Source of the DNA: Nemertoderma westbladi
Lineage: Eukaryota; Animalia; Xenacoelomorpha
Direction of reading: 5' to 3'
Length of the DNA: 64,000 nucleotides
Assembly (NCBI GenBank): GCA_032718475.1
Contig: JAUCBJ010001771.1
Location: 1-64,000 of the forward strand
The position numbers and the translations under genes were made by a program. The notes under the pieces are model-generated. The model ran no database searches, was not told the origin of the DNA, and saw nothing but the letters and a program-made list of their open reading frames with translations. Positions 23,233-34,935 of this stretch are shown one piece after another (position 1 is the stretch's first letter; each line of letters begins with the position of its first letter).

Positions 23233-24562
23233 GTTACGGTTTACGGCTGTAGGCCTACGGCTGTACGGGTATGGTTTACCGCGTTTACTGGCTGACTGGT
23301 TTATGTTTGTGGTACTGTGCAGCAGTGTGAGTGTACTGGTGTATGGTGTACAGGCAGACAGGTACCGGTACAATCATTTTATTTGTTAAAAACTTTGAAC
23401 CAAGGACTACTGAAGAAAGGACTGCTGGACTGGCACACGGCAGCACAGTAAATCCAGACTTCGCTAGCGAAGGCGCCTGAAGGCCATGTCTGCATGTTGT
23501 TTGTGTTACCGGTAACCAACCAGTTTGAATAATAAACATACACATTCTGGGGTAAAAAAATTACTGAATTATCAGATTATGTAGAATCTATTTCTGGTAG
23601 GCCTATTAGTTTTTCAATTACCTATTGCTTTCATGTATTGCTTTCTACATTGTAATGTTTCTTAATAATTTAGAGTACCGGTAGGGGTAGCTGTATATCT
23701 GTATATACTGCAGTACTACTGTACTAGTATATGGTAGGCCTAGCAGCCTAGTTCAGGTTCAGGTAATCCTCCGAAGCGGCGCAGCACAAGCTCGTACCAA
23801 TGACATTTCGCCACACAACCGTCAGACCATAACCAGATAACTATTAATTTTATTTGCAGGTTTGATTACTAGTACCGGTAACTGGATTGCCGCATTGCTG
23901 CATTGCCATTGCGACTCGGCGTGTCGGCGACAGGGATGGCAAAAACCATGGTTTTTTGAAAAAAATTTTTGGTTTTGGTTTTATTGTTTGGTTTTTTATG
24001 TTTTTTTTCGGTTTTTTATGGTTTTTTATGATTTTTCTGTGGTTTAATTAAATCCAATACAGCAATCAGTCGGTGATATAGGCGATTTTGGACTTGATCC
24101 AATTTTGGAACTTGCTAAGTCAAAATTGGACTTCCAATCCAATATCGGAATTAATTTTGATATGAATTACAGTGAATTTTCCACGGCCTACAATTTTTTC
24201 AGACGGGATCTGAAATTTAACCTACATGTTCTTTACTACAAAATAAGAGTTTTAACCGTGCACGAGAAAATTTCACGGTGCACCACAAAGACAACCGACA
24301 TTTAAAGTTTTGCGCATCCAATTTTGGACTTTAGGTCCAATTTTGTCTTTCCATCAGCACTATACTACTGTACTACACTGTAGGTACAGTACACTGCAGT
24401 AAAATGGCAGAATGGGTAGCGTATTGTTTCTATTGAACAGCACATAGCAGCACTTAGCACTTTAAGTCCACAGTTGCTCTGAATGAAATTTATCTTATTT
24501 ACTCTATTTTGTTTCACTTTGTCACTTTACGTACATACGTAAATAGATTTTAAAAACTAGAA

Positions 24563-25960
24563 CTGTAACAATCTGTTGAAATGATTAAGATACCTTCCAT
24601 GTCCTTCACGCAGTATGTGAGATACTGAAACAATCCATTGAAACGTTTAAGAGACCTTCGTGCAGCATGTGGGGCACTGCTGACTGTAACAATCTGATGA
24701 AACGTTTAAGAGACCTTCGTGCAGCATGTTGGATACTGAAACAATCTGTTGAAACGTTTAAGAGACCTCTCGTGCAGCACATGCGATACTGTAACATTGT
24801 ATAACAATCTGATGAAACGTTTGAGAGACCTTCGCGAAGTATGTGAAATACTGAAACAATCTGTTAAAACGTTTGAGACCTTCGCGCAGCATGTGGAGAA
24901 CTGTAACATTGTGTAACAAGCTGTTGAAACGTTTAAGAGACCTTCGCGCAGCACGTGGCGTACTCCAACATTGTGTAACTAACTGTTGAAACGTTTAAGA
25001 GACTTTCACGGAGCACGTGGCTTGCTGTAACATTGTAACAAGCTGTTGGAAAGTTTAAGAGTCCTTCGCGCAGCACGTGGCGTACTGTAACATTGTTAAC
25101 AAGCTGTTGAAACATTTAATAGACCTATGTGCCAGCACATGGGGTACTGAAACAATCTGTTGAAACGTTTGAGACCTTTGCGCAGCATGTGGCGAACTGT
25201 AACAGTGTGTAACAAGCTGTTGAAACGTTTAAGAGACCTTTGCGCAGCACGTGGCGCAATGTAACATTGTGTAACAAGCTGTTCAAATGTTTAACAGATC
25301 TTCGCGCAGCATGTGGCTCACTGTAACATTGTGTAACAATCTGTTGAAACGTTTGAGAGACCTTCGCGCAGCACGTGGCGCACTGTAACATTGTGTAACA
25401 AGCTGTTCAAATGTTTAAGAGACCTTCGCGCAGCACGTGGCTTACTGTTACATTGTGTAACAATCTGTTGAAACGTTTGAGAGACCTTCGCGCAGCACGT
25501 GGCGCACTGTAACATTATGTAACAAGCTGTTCAAATCGCGCAGCACGTGGCTTACTGTAACATTGTGTAACAATCTGTTGAAACGTTTGAGAGACCTTCG
25601 CGCAGCACGTGGCGCACTGTAATATTGTGTAACAAGCTGTTCAAATGTTTAAGAGACCTTCGCGCAGCACGTGGCTTACTGTAACATTGTGTAACAATCT
25701 GTTGAAACGTTTGAGAGACCTTCGCGCAGCACGTGGCGCACTGTAACATTGTGTAACAACTAACAAGCTGTTGAAACGTTTAAGAGACCTTCGCGCAGCA
25801 CGTGGCGTACTCCAACATTGTGTAACAAACTGTTGAAACGTTTAAGATACCTTCGCGTTCGCGCAGTATGTGAGATACTAAAACAATCTGTTGAAACGGT
25901 TCAAAGGCCTTCGCGCAGCACATGAGACACTAAAACAATATATTGAAACGATTAAGAGGT
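24563..25960. repeat. Tandem satellite, 62-bp unit with 124-bp dimer structure and shorter ~50-bp edge variants
   Basis: Unit AACAATCTGTTGAAACGTTTGAGAGACCTTCGCGCAGCACGTGGCGCACTGTAACATTGTGT at 25335, 25397, 25459 and onward. Alternating A/B variants in the core. Confidence 0.95.
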
Positions 25961-26243
25961 CTATTTATTTTCCATCATAGCTAACACCCCAATTCATGAT
26001 ATTGGCTGAGGCTGATTGAATGGGATAATCTTTTAGGCTCATTAAGCCAAGGAATGCCTGTTCACCCCCAACCACCATGGATGATATTCTATAGTACCGT
26101 AAACCTCTTCCATTATGTTTTCCAAAGTTGCCTTGGTTCCCGTTTATCGACCACTCACAAGGTAGGATGGCTAAAACGTCTGTCCTTATCTGATCTGATC
26201 TGATCTGACGGTATCTGATACTTGTTCCACCTTGGTTCAGAGC

Positions 26244-26460
26244 GCACCTTGGTGTAGTGGTTATATTGAATTCACATCTCTCGGAGGTTGTGGGTTCAAC
26301 CCCGGCATGGGGCCAAGGTAGTTTTCGTTTCGGCACGAATGCTTTGAAAGGTTTAGCGAGGAATCTCTGCCTTGCTTCCTTAAATGGTAGCTAAATGAGT
26401 ACTGGACTTTCTGCCTATGTCATCATGTAAAGTTTCCCCGGTATTCCCCTTAAACCCGGG
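26244..26460 (+). mobile_element. tRNA-derived SINE-like element (degenerate)
   Basis: Pol III A-box-like TGGTGTAGTGG (26250-26260) and B-box-like GGTTCAACCCC (26293-26303). No intact anticodon arm. The 3' boundary is uncertain. Confidence 0.55.
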
Positions 26461-26614
26461 GGGGGGGGGGGGGTCAATATAATACCTCCCGCTCTGAAAC
26501 TAACGATACTTACTATAAAGACTAACTGAAACGAACTAAAAGGAATTCAAATGAATTAACTAGAAATTTTAAATTTGTTTTTAGCGGATGTTGCCAAAAT
26601 TTGGTGCCGACTTA

Positions 26615-26850
26615 GGACATTGCTTTCGCCGTGAGGACCAGCCAGTGCATAATCATGTGCTTTGGCAGCCTCATGGAGTAAATAAGCATGGTGGACAGCC
26701 CATGACTTTCTTGAGACGCATCTTAAAGGACACTGGCCTTGAAGATGCGGATGATCTAGCAAATGTCATGGGTGATAGGGAGTTGTGGCGGTGCAATTTT
26801 GTCGATAAGCCGGCACAGCATTCTTAAAAATGCAGCTGCAATGCAGCATG
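26615..26850 (+). mobile_element. 3' fragment of an RTE-like LINE ORF
   Basis: GHCFRREDQPV...LWQP...TFLRRILKDTGL...MGDRELWR resembles the C-terminus of RTE-clade ORFs. A near-identical copy lies at 29336-29640. Confidence 0.65.
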
Positions 26851-28105
26851 CCGATCCTAGTAGTAGTAGTAGTAGGTGCCGACCCATGCTGCCATGTGAA
26901 GAATACCGCCCATGTGAAGAATACCAGGATTTCACTTTTCGCGGTCGACTTTTATTGGAATTTATATTTGTGTATTATAGAGCTTATATATGTGTTATAA
27001 CCTGCACATATACTAATTCGTTTATTGTTTTGGTTATATTCAGCCCTTTCTGTAACCTGTGTTTTTTGTGAAAACCTGGTATTCTTCACATGGGGGTAAC
27101 TGCAAAGTGAAATAAAACGGCAGAAAGTCTGGTATTCTTCGCCCATGTGAAGAATACCAGGATTTCATTTTTCGGTCGATTTTTTATTGGTCGATATTTT
27201 TTATTAAATTTATCTTTATTAAGTGTTCTATGCGCGTGTGCGATGTCCTTTATTTTTTAAGGGGGGTGATCTATATTGATCAGTCAGTCGGACAGTTAGT
27301 AAGAAGGTGGGTGTAAACAAGCCGCCGCGGTAGCATATTCTCCTTTCCCTCAATTGGTAGGTAACAACATCGTTTATTGTTTTGGTTAGAAATTACAGCT
27401 CTTTTCCTTCAATTGGAAGGTAATAACAGTGTTTATTAATTCTCACATTCCCATCCACCTTCCCATATTCTTTCATCGTCTGGGTATAAACTCCACTTTA
27501 TCAGCTGGCAATATGGGGCATGTTAAGTGTTTCGTCATATACACAAGTACATAGTAGGCCTAGAGAGATACCCCTTCCTGCCTTCCCTTTAGCTGTTTAG
27601 CGTAACAAACAAACAATAAATATTTTAAATGTAATATATTAATAAGTATCATTACCGTACTTAATTAATAATATTAATTATAATTAATATAATTAACTTT
27701 AACTATTAATAATGATAACTATTAACAATAACGATTTACGAAAAAAATATTGCAGCAAATGCTGTATTGTTTTTAATAAAAGTTTAATGTTTCAACACCA
27801 ACTAACAGACTAAATCTACGAAAGTTGTTTACATCTGAAACTATCCATCTTTGCTGGGACAATCACACAACTTTCATACCCGCCATCCTTCATCCTACTG
27901 TATATCGCATTTTTAATATATAATAACATGCCTTTGTGCATTAGATGCATACCGGTATGCCTGTACTGATACTTCATATGATGATACTGATACGTAACAG
28001 GCAACCTGAAACGTGATCCCCTATTCAGCTATTGGCTATTTACCTAACAGACAGTTAGGTAAATATTATATATCTTTCTCCTGATTGGTTATAGAATCAG
28101 ATGCT

Positions 28106-28227
28106 GTCAGATCAGATCAGATCAGATAAGGACAGACGTTTTATTCTACCTCCTCACAAGGACCATCTTGGGATCGAAACTGGGCTTCCTAATTGGAAGC
28201 CCAGGAATGTCACCAATAGACCAAGCT
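28106..28227 (-). mobile_element. Short tRNA-Gly(TCC)-derived SINE with (TCTGA)4 tail
   Basis: On the - strand TGGTCTATTGGTGACATT-CCTGGG-CTTCCAA-TTAGG...TTCGATCCC resembles tRNA-Gly. The tail TAAAACGTCTGTCCTTA(TCTGA)4 also occurs at ~26172-26208 (+). Flanking direct repeat GATGCT. Confidence 0.6.
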
Positions 28228-28715
28228 GATGCTTGGTCTAGGGTCTAGCTGCAGCTGTGCTTCTAGCGTAAAACTGTGCTGTACAGCTGTACAGGGTACA
28301 GCTCTAGTCGTGCCCATATAGCCTTATGGTCGGACCCCTGTACCTTGTTATACTAGTGTTACAGCAGTCATCCTCCATAGCATCTCTGCAAACAAAGTCC
28401 AATTTTGGAATGTATGAATACATTTCTGCAAAAGCATGGTAGGAATAATGAATTTGGCACAAAAAACATATATTTATTGAAAAATGATAGAATTTATGAT
28501 GGAAATATACTTGCAGGACTTTAAAATATTTTTTTTTAATTTAGAAAAGTCCAATTTTGGAGTGTATTCCGATTTCGGAATCTACCCTCGCACAACTGCA
28601 CAAAGTTCCAAAATTGGAATAAGTCCAAAATCGCCTATATCACCAACTGGCAATACATACAAATGTAGGGCCTACGTACAACAGTCTGACAGTACAACCC
28701 TTGCGCTTACCCAAT

Positions 28716-30639
28716 CAGTCGGTGAGAAGTCAAAAATTGGACTTCAAGTCCAATTTTAGACTTCAAGTCCAATTTTGGACTCCAAAGTCCAATATTGGAC
28801 TTTAGTTTTAGTACAACTCCAAGTGTGCCCATGCTGCCATACTGTATGTATATCGGTATTTCAATCAAAACTGCATCCCGTATCAGTACATATATATTAC
28901 ATAATTACATACAATGCAACATTATTTTAATGATCAAATTAATTATTATAAGTATTATAAGCAGGGATCGCACACGTACAGTTAGACATCAGTCAGTAGT
29001 TACTTTTTCTGGTAGTGGTATGGCTTTGCGGTAGTAGTCTTACTGCCTTAGCTTAGCAGTGTATACCGCGGTCAGGCGGTAGCGGTAGTTGAGTTATAGC
29101 TGTATAGTTCATTCATACCCATACCTAGGGCCCATACCTGTGGTATTTTCGTATGGCAAAAATAAGACTACTGTAAACTGTAACGTAACCTATTATGTTA
29201 TTGAGTTAATGTTTATTGACTAATTGTTTTGATTAGGTTCACTGTGTCAAGTACAATGCACACATCTCCAACCAGACAGCAGACACTATATAACATTGGA
29301 GTTGGAGGTGTCTCATTAGTTCCCCCATGCTTGACACTAGAACAAAGCCGCCTCCGCTTTGCAGGACATTGCTTTCGCCGTGAGGACCAGCCAGTCAGAC
29401 AGTGCACCTCATGGAGTGAATAAGCATGGTGGACAGCCCATGACTTTCTTGAGACACATCTTTCTTACTGTCTCAAAGGACACTGGCCTTGAAGATGCGG
29501 ATGATCTAGCAAATGTCATGGGTGATAAGGCTGTAAGAGTGTAAGGGAGTTGTGGAGGCGCACTTTTGTCAACAAGCCGGCACAGCATTCTTAATAGGGC
29601 ATATATATATAATGCAGCTGCAATGCAGCATGCCGATTGCTGGATTGTAGTTAGTAGTATGTGGTGATAGGGCTCCTTCAATTGGTAAAGTCAAAAGTGG
29701 CCGTTTATTGTTTTAGTTAGAAAAGCCTGCCTCTGTAACCTGTTCCTTTCCCTCAATTGGTTTATGACGTGTGTTACTTCTGTACTTATTATGTGGAGAG
29801 GAGCTGGAGACCCCAACACGTTAATCAGTTAATCCCCTTTCATTATCCAGCCGTTTTAAAATACCCTTCATGTTTAATGGAAAAATTAGAAGAGATGGTG
29901 GTAGCATCAACTTTGTAGTATTTCTTTCTGATAGGGCTCCCATAGGCTTAGAGGAAATCGTAGCTTGTACTGTGTACTGTAGTTAGCCTTAGCAGCAGCT
30001 GCAGTTGGCAAACCTGGCATTGCTACCAGTTTCCACCAAATATAATTTGTAATTAAATATTTCTTGGAGCATAATCTAATCTAGTCCTAACAGCCTAAAG
30101 ACTCTAAAGTCCTGGCTCCTGGGTACAAGGCTGTAAGGTTAGACATAACATGAATGTAAACTAAACAGTATGCTAAAAGTAAAGTACAAAGTACCTAGAA
30201 TGCTAGCTAGAATGTACCATTATATTCTAAGTACAGTACACTGAAGATACATACAGAGCTGCAAAGGTAACTTTCCATAACTTAATAGCTGTCTGGCTGT
30301 CTCTCATCTGTTATGCTTCATGTACATTTAAGTTTGATTATCAATATCGCGTCCAAAATTGGGCTTAAAGTCCATAATATTGGACTTTTGTAAAAATTCA
30401 AAGCCTTATAAAAAAAGTTCCCCCTGGTGAATTTCAGGTCCCCCTGTTCAAAACTCTTATTTTTTAATATATTTTCGATTAAAAAAAAAAATTCCCGCCC
30501 GATCCAATTACCCAAGGCCCTGGAACAATTGGCTGATTTGAAGTCCAATATTGGACTCACAGAAGTCCAATTTTAGACTTGAACTGGAGTCGAAGTCCAA
30601 TTTTGGACTCAAGTCCAATTTTTGACTTCTCACCGACTG
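28716..30639. mobile_element. Non-autonomous CAGTC-type TIR element (1924 bp, 5-bp TSD CCAAT)
   Basis: TIR CAGTCGGTGAGAAGTCAAAAATTGGACTT at both ends. CCAAT at 28711-28715 and 30640-30644. AGTCCAATTTTGGACT subterminal palindromes. Confidence 0.87.
29336..29640 (+). mobile_element. Second 3' fragment of the RTE-like LINE
   Basis: LEQSRLRFAGHCFRREDQPV motif. Aligns to 26615-26850. Confidence 0.65.
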
Positions 30640-30908
30640 CCAATAGAACAAAATACTGGAATAACTGAATACCGGTAAGGCCACATACAGTATGCTGGTT
30701 TGATATTGATAATATGCCAGCAAAGCGAGCAAAACCTTTTCATTAACATTGCAAAATGAACAGATGAAAAAGAAACGCGAGCAAAACTCAAAGTGAGAGA
30801 AATTTGTTCATTCTAATCTAACAGCTTAACAGTGCAAAATGACTGAATGATAAGATAAAGAAACGCGAGCAAAACTCATAAGTGAGCGAAATTTTTTCCT
30901 TCTAACAG

Positions 30909-33900
30909 CAGTCAGGGAGATCATCAAATTTGAGAATACCTCAAATTTCAAATTATAGACCCAATTTTGGAATTACCTCAAATTTAATACAAGGTTAGGT
31001 TAATTCTTTAAATTTGAGTTTTACCCCAAATTTGAATTTCATAGCACCATAGTCCAATACAGACAGAAGTCATAGTTGGCCTAGTTCAGTAGTTGTTAGC
31101 TTGTTACTGTATTGCAAAGGTAAAAAAATAAACTGATGTAGGCCTAGTATCTGAGTGTTGTGAAATATAATATTTAAAACATATTCAGTATTAGTTTAAA
31201 AAGGCTTATACTTAAAAAGGCTACTGGTAGGGAGGGGTGCAGTGGGGGTGGTATGATCAGATGGTAGACATATAAAACGAAGTACAGAGCTTAAATAACT
31301 TATATTTTTATATTGTTACCTTTTGCTTGAATATGCCCTAAAATCGGAAGAAAAAGTAGTAGGCCTACTTTTTTTCCCTACTGCCTACTGGTAACGTGGT
31401 AGGGAAAAAGTTGTCCCCATATTATCTGAATATTGTAACTTTTTGATGGGCACAGCTTTTGCAAAGTCGGCAACACAGCAACCTGCAATAATATTGAATA
31501 ATATTGCCACAATAATGTACCATGGAGAGAGCCATAATTTTGCATTGATTTGACTTTTTCTCCCGGTAAAAAAAGTGCACTTGTGTCAAATAGGGGACTC
31601 TCCTAGCTCCTAATCTGCTAATCCTGAAATCACCTAAACTAAAGTCACTTTCACTAGTGCCCGGTTACAGGGTTAGCAAAGGAGCATGTTACAGAGGTGA
31701 GTTGAAAATAACCATAAAACAATAAACAAGAGTTAGGAATATTGATATTACCTGCCAGGCTGCAAATGAAGTGCAAAAATCGCAACGCATTGTGCGCGTA
31801 TTTGAAATAGTGTGCGGTAAAAGCGCGCGGAATTGAAATAAAAGTACGCGAAATTATGTTGAAGACAACAAACGTGCGCAGCAATCTGTGCAAAATATAA
31901 AAAGTCATAAAGTGCGCGGACAGGTGGATGAGGTGTAAAAAGGTTTACATGCATGCAAAGTGAGAAAAATAATTTGCCACAAAAAATTTCGGTCGCTTCG
32001 CTCGCATTTCTTTACATTGTCAGATTGCTCAAATGTCTGAATGTCTAAATTTCGCTCACTTGGAGTCTTGCTCGCGTTTCTTTTCATTTTGCATTGTAAT
32101 AATGAAAAAATTTTGCTCGCTTCGCTCGTGTGTTTTTTCCGTTTTTTTTTTTTATAAAATGTGGTGCGCGCGTTTTTTCCGGTGCATGCGCGCGGTATAT
32201 TGTAAAATATTGCGCGGCTGAAAAATTGTGCGCAGGCATTGTGCGTGGTTCAGTGGTGGTTTGCAGCCTGGATTACCTGCACTAAATTTCAGGAATAGCT
32301 GGTGATTTCAGGATTAGCAGATTAGGAGGGTCACCTATTTGATTTGACACAAGCAGACAAGTGCCAAAATATTTTTGGTGGAATTTCTAAAATTTCATTG
32401 AATGTGTTGATCAAAATTTTTGATCTAAATTTGAACAAAATCCATCCCTACACTGCTACACACTATTGCAATGCAACTTTAGTGCCTGCAAGGTGTACTC
32501 CGGAGATGAGATAAAGCCTCGAGAATAGTTTAGTGAAAAAGGTTATACTTTTTGCCCAAATTATAAATGATTCTCGTTCCTCATAAGGTCAATTTAAAAG
32601 GATGTATGTATGTGTAGTATAAACAAACAGTCACTTATATTTCTAAAACATTTCAGATGTCTTGATAAGAAACCAGAGTCTAAAGACTGTTTAAAAGAAT
32701 AGCGATTAGTGATGATGATGTTTCTACTGTGTTCCAGGTCCAGGGTCCAGCATGTTCCATATGTTAATGACCCTGATAAAGAAGAGGTGATGTATGGAAC
32801 ATGCAGACATGGCAGCATTGGCAGATGGGCGGGGCATGCATGGCCTTTGCTTCATAATTTTATATATATGGCCAGGTTATGATTGCATTGGATGTCTGGC
32901 TGGGCCTGGGATATTAAAATAGTCTGCGAGGATGTTGCACATTGTTGTAATGGAGGATCAGGTTTAGATCTTTACATATAAGTTTAAAGCACATTATCAA
33001 ATTGAACTTTAATTGATGTATACTGCAGTAGGTAGTGGTTCCAACTTTAGAGTCTCCAGTACTTGGCCTATAGATTAACTAACAAAAGAATCAAGTCCAC
33101 ATATATATCTGCATATATTGTATAAACCGCGTCAACATTTGCGGCAACATTTGTCTAGAAATGGGCTCCAAACTGTGGAAGAATGATGGTACAGTATTCC
33201 AATTGACAGATAGAGCTAGTGCAGGCGAATATTACATAAGTCTTACATCTTCAGGCTGTCAGGAGAGGAATGGCTTCATTTGATATACAAAGTTTTAAAG
33301 AGGACATCAACAACCAGAAAACATATTTTTTCCAAAGACGAGTGATATGAATGATGAACAGAACAGATGAAAGCCAGAATACTGGAATATGTAAACTTCC
33401 AAATTCTGGAATTGATTCAACATCTACAAGATATAGTATGCCTTCCTGAGTCTGTGACTGTGCAGCTGTGTGAGCTTGAATCTCGCAACAGTGAGGATTT
33501 GGTCTACTGTTCTTCTTACCAACAGTAAGGCTGTGCTGTAAGGATAGCGAATTTCTCTAGCCTTCTGCATTTTTCTCACCCATCACTAACGGAGTTAACA
33601 ATCATTAAAGGTATTGACTGTAAGTTGCTGTGCTGTAAGGTTAAGCCTACCCTGCATACATGTCATGTCACGGGTTACACTGGTCACCCATTCTCACCAA
33701 GCTCTATAAGCACTAAGCAGCAAAGCCTACTGCTGGCAGGCTGGTGATGTTATAAAGACTGGCTGACTGGCGAAATTTGAGGTTTTGTCTCAAATTTGAG
33801 GTTTAACCTCAAATTTCAATTTTCGCCCCCAATAAAAGCATGTTTGCATCGGTGAAATATTTTATTGCATCGATAAAAGTTCTTATTTTACATTATATTT

Positions 33901-34070
33901 TAACATATTAAAAGTAGAAGTTGCTCCAACAGTTTCCCTAAGTCGCAGCAACACTCGATATTATGAGCCTAAAAATACCTCAAATTTGAACAAAAAACCC
34001 CAATTTTCGACAGTCTATTACCAGAATTCGAAATTTGGGGTAACCCCAAAATTGATGATCTCCCTGACTG
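30909..34070. mobile_element. Non-autonomous CAGTC-type TIR element (3162 bp, 5-bp TSD AACAG)
   Basis: TIR CAGTCAGGGAGATCATCAA and TTGATGATCTCCCTGACTG. AACAG on both flanks. CAAATTTG subterminal repeats. It interrupts a tandem repeat (GAAACGCGAGCAAAACTCA...) seen on both sides. Confidence 0.85.
31755..32271. mobile_element. hAT-like MITE with 8-bp TSD, nested in another inverted-repeat MITE (~31578-32363)
   Basis: TIR CCAGGCTGCAAA and TTTGCAGCCTGG, TSD ATTACCTG. The outer element has GTGTCAAATAGG...CTCCTAATCTGC arms, also seen at ~107-135. Confidence 0.75.
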
Positions 34071-34685
34071 AACAGTGCAAAATAAAAAAAAGAAACGAGA
34101 GCAAAACTCAAAGTGAGCGAAATTTTCTCATTCTAACAGTCTGACAGTGCAAAATGAAAAAGAAACGCGACTACCAGTTTGCTTTATATTATTTACAGCG
34201 TTACCGTAATTGTAAAATTTTATGAAAAACCATAAAAAACCAATTTTTTCGCCTTTTTTTAAAAGTTGGTTAAACCAAAAAACCATAAAAAACCAATGGT
34301 GAGAAAAACCATTGGTTGCCAACCCTGGACTCGGCGATGTCACTATGATGGTTCGCATTTCATCTAAGGGTTAGAAAGCGTTCATCTGGCAGTCTGGCTG
34401 GGGAATTTCCGGTTTGGCATTTGGGGGGCACTGAATTCTACATTGTCTATAGGCCTATACTGATAAATGAAAAGACTCTGATATTTTCACAAATTTCCCG
34501 GTTTCCTCGGGGAAATAGCGGGAATAATACGGGAAAAATTTTCCCAAAAATTGTAAATAACCTGACTGCCTGATAACAACATACAGGCATAATCTGAGCT
34601 GGGTATAATAATAGAAATACCGGTCAGCCGGTACGAGTATGAAACATTACAAAGCATGCAAATTAATTTCACCATTTTTGTTTTG

Positions 34686-34935
34686 AGGGAAAGGAGCAGG
34701 TTACATAGGCAGGCTTGTCTAACCAAATCAATAAACGGCCACTTTACCAATTGTGAAAGGAGCAGGTTGCAGAGGCGGGCTTTTCTAACCAAAACAATAA
34801 ACGATCACTTTACCAAACCCCAAATCAATAAACAGCCACTTTACTGCTTTACCAATTGAGGGAAAGGAACAGGTTACAGATGCGGGCTTTTCTAACCAAA
34901 ACAATAAACGATCACTTTATTAATTGAGGGAAACC
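34686..34935. repeat. Minisatellite (~65-bp unit) with dispersed copies
   Basis: AATTGAGGGAAAGGAACAGGTTACAGA...CTAACCAAAACAATAAACG repeated 3-4 times. Reverse-complement copies at ~27340-27440 and ~29675-29760. Confidence 0.7.

Larger units (their letters stand above)
24067..28649. mobile_element. Non-autonomous CAGTC-type TIR element (4583 bp, 5-bp TSD GCAAT)
   Basis: TIR CAGTCGGTGATATAGGCGATTTTGGACTT and AAGTCCAAAATCGCCTATATCACCAACTG. GCAAT on both flanks. Subterminal CCAATTTTGG repeats. Confidence 0.82.
23931..34327. mobile_element. Possible hAT-like TIR element enclosing a 10-kb transposon nest
   Basis: Ends CAGGGATGGCAA (23931) and TTGCCAACCCTG (34327), each with GGTTTTTTAT-type subterminal repeats. 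The flanks match only imperfectly (GTGTCGGCGA vs GACTCGGCGA), so these may be two independent ends. Confidence 0.4.

Noticed and set aside
24563-25960. CRISPR-like array
   Set aside because: Units are contiguous tandem copies without unique spacers, the context is eukaryotic and there are no cas genes. The small Cys-rich ORFs here are repeat artefacts.
26244-26315. Functional tRNA gene
   Set aside because: A and B boxes are present but there is no proper anticodon or acceptor stem; treated as a SINE head. The same applies to 28150-28227.
33130-33370. CR1/L2 LINE fragment
   Set aside because: Only a faint resemblance, with multiple stops; not supportable by eye.
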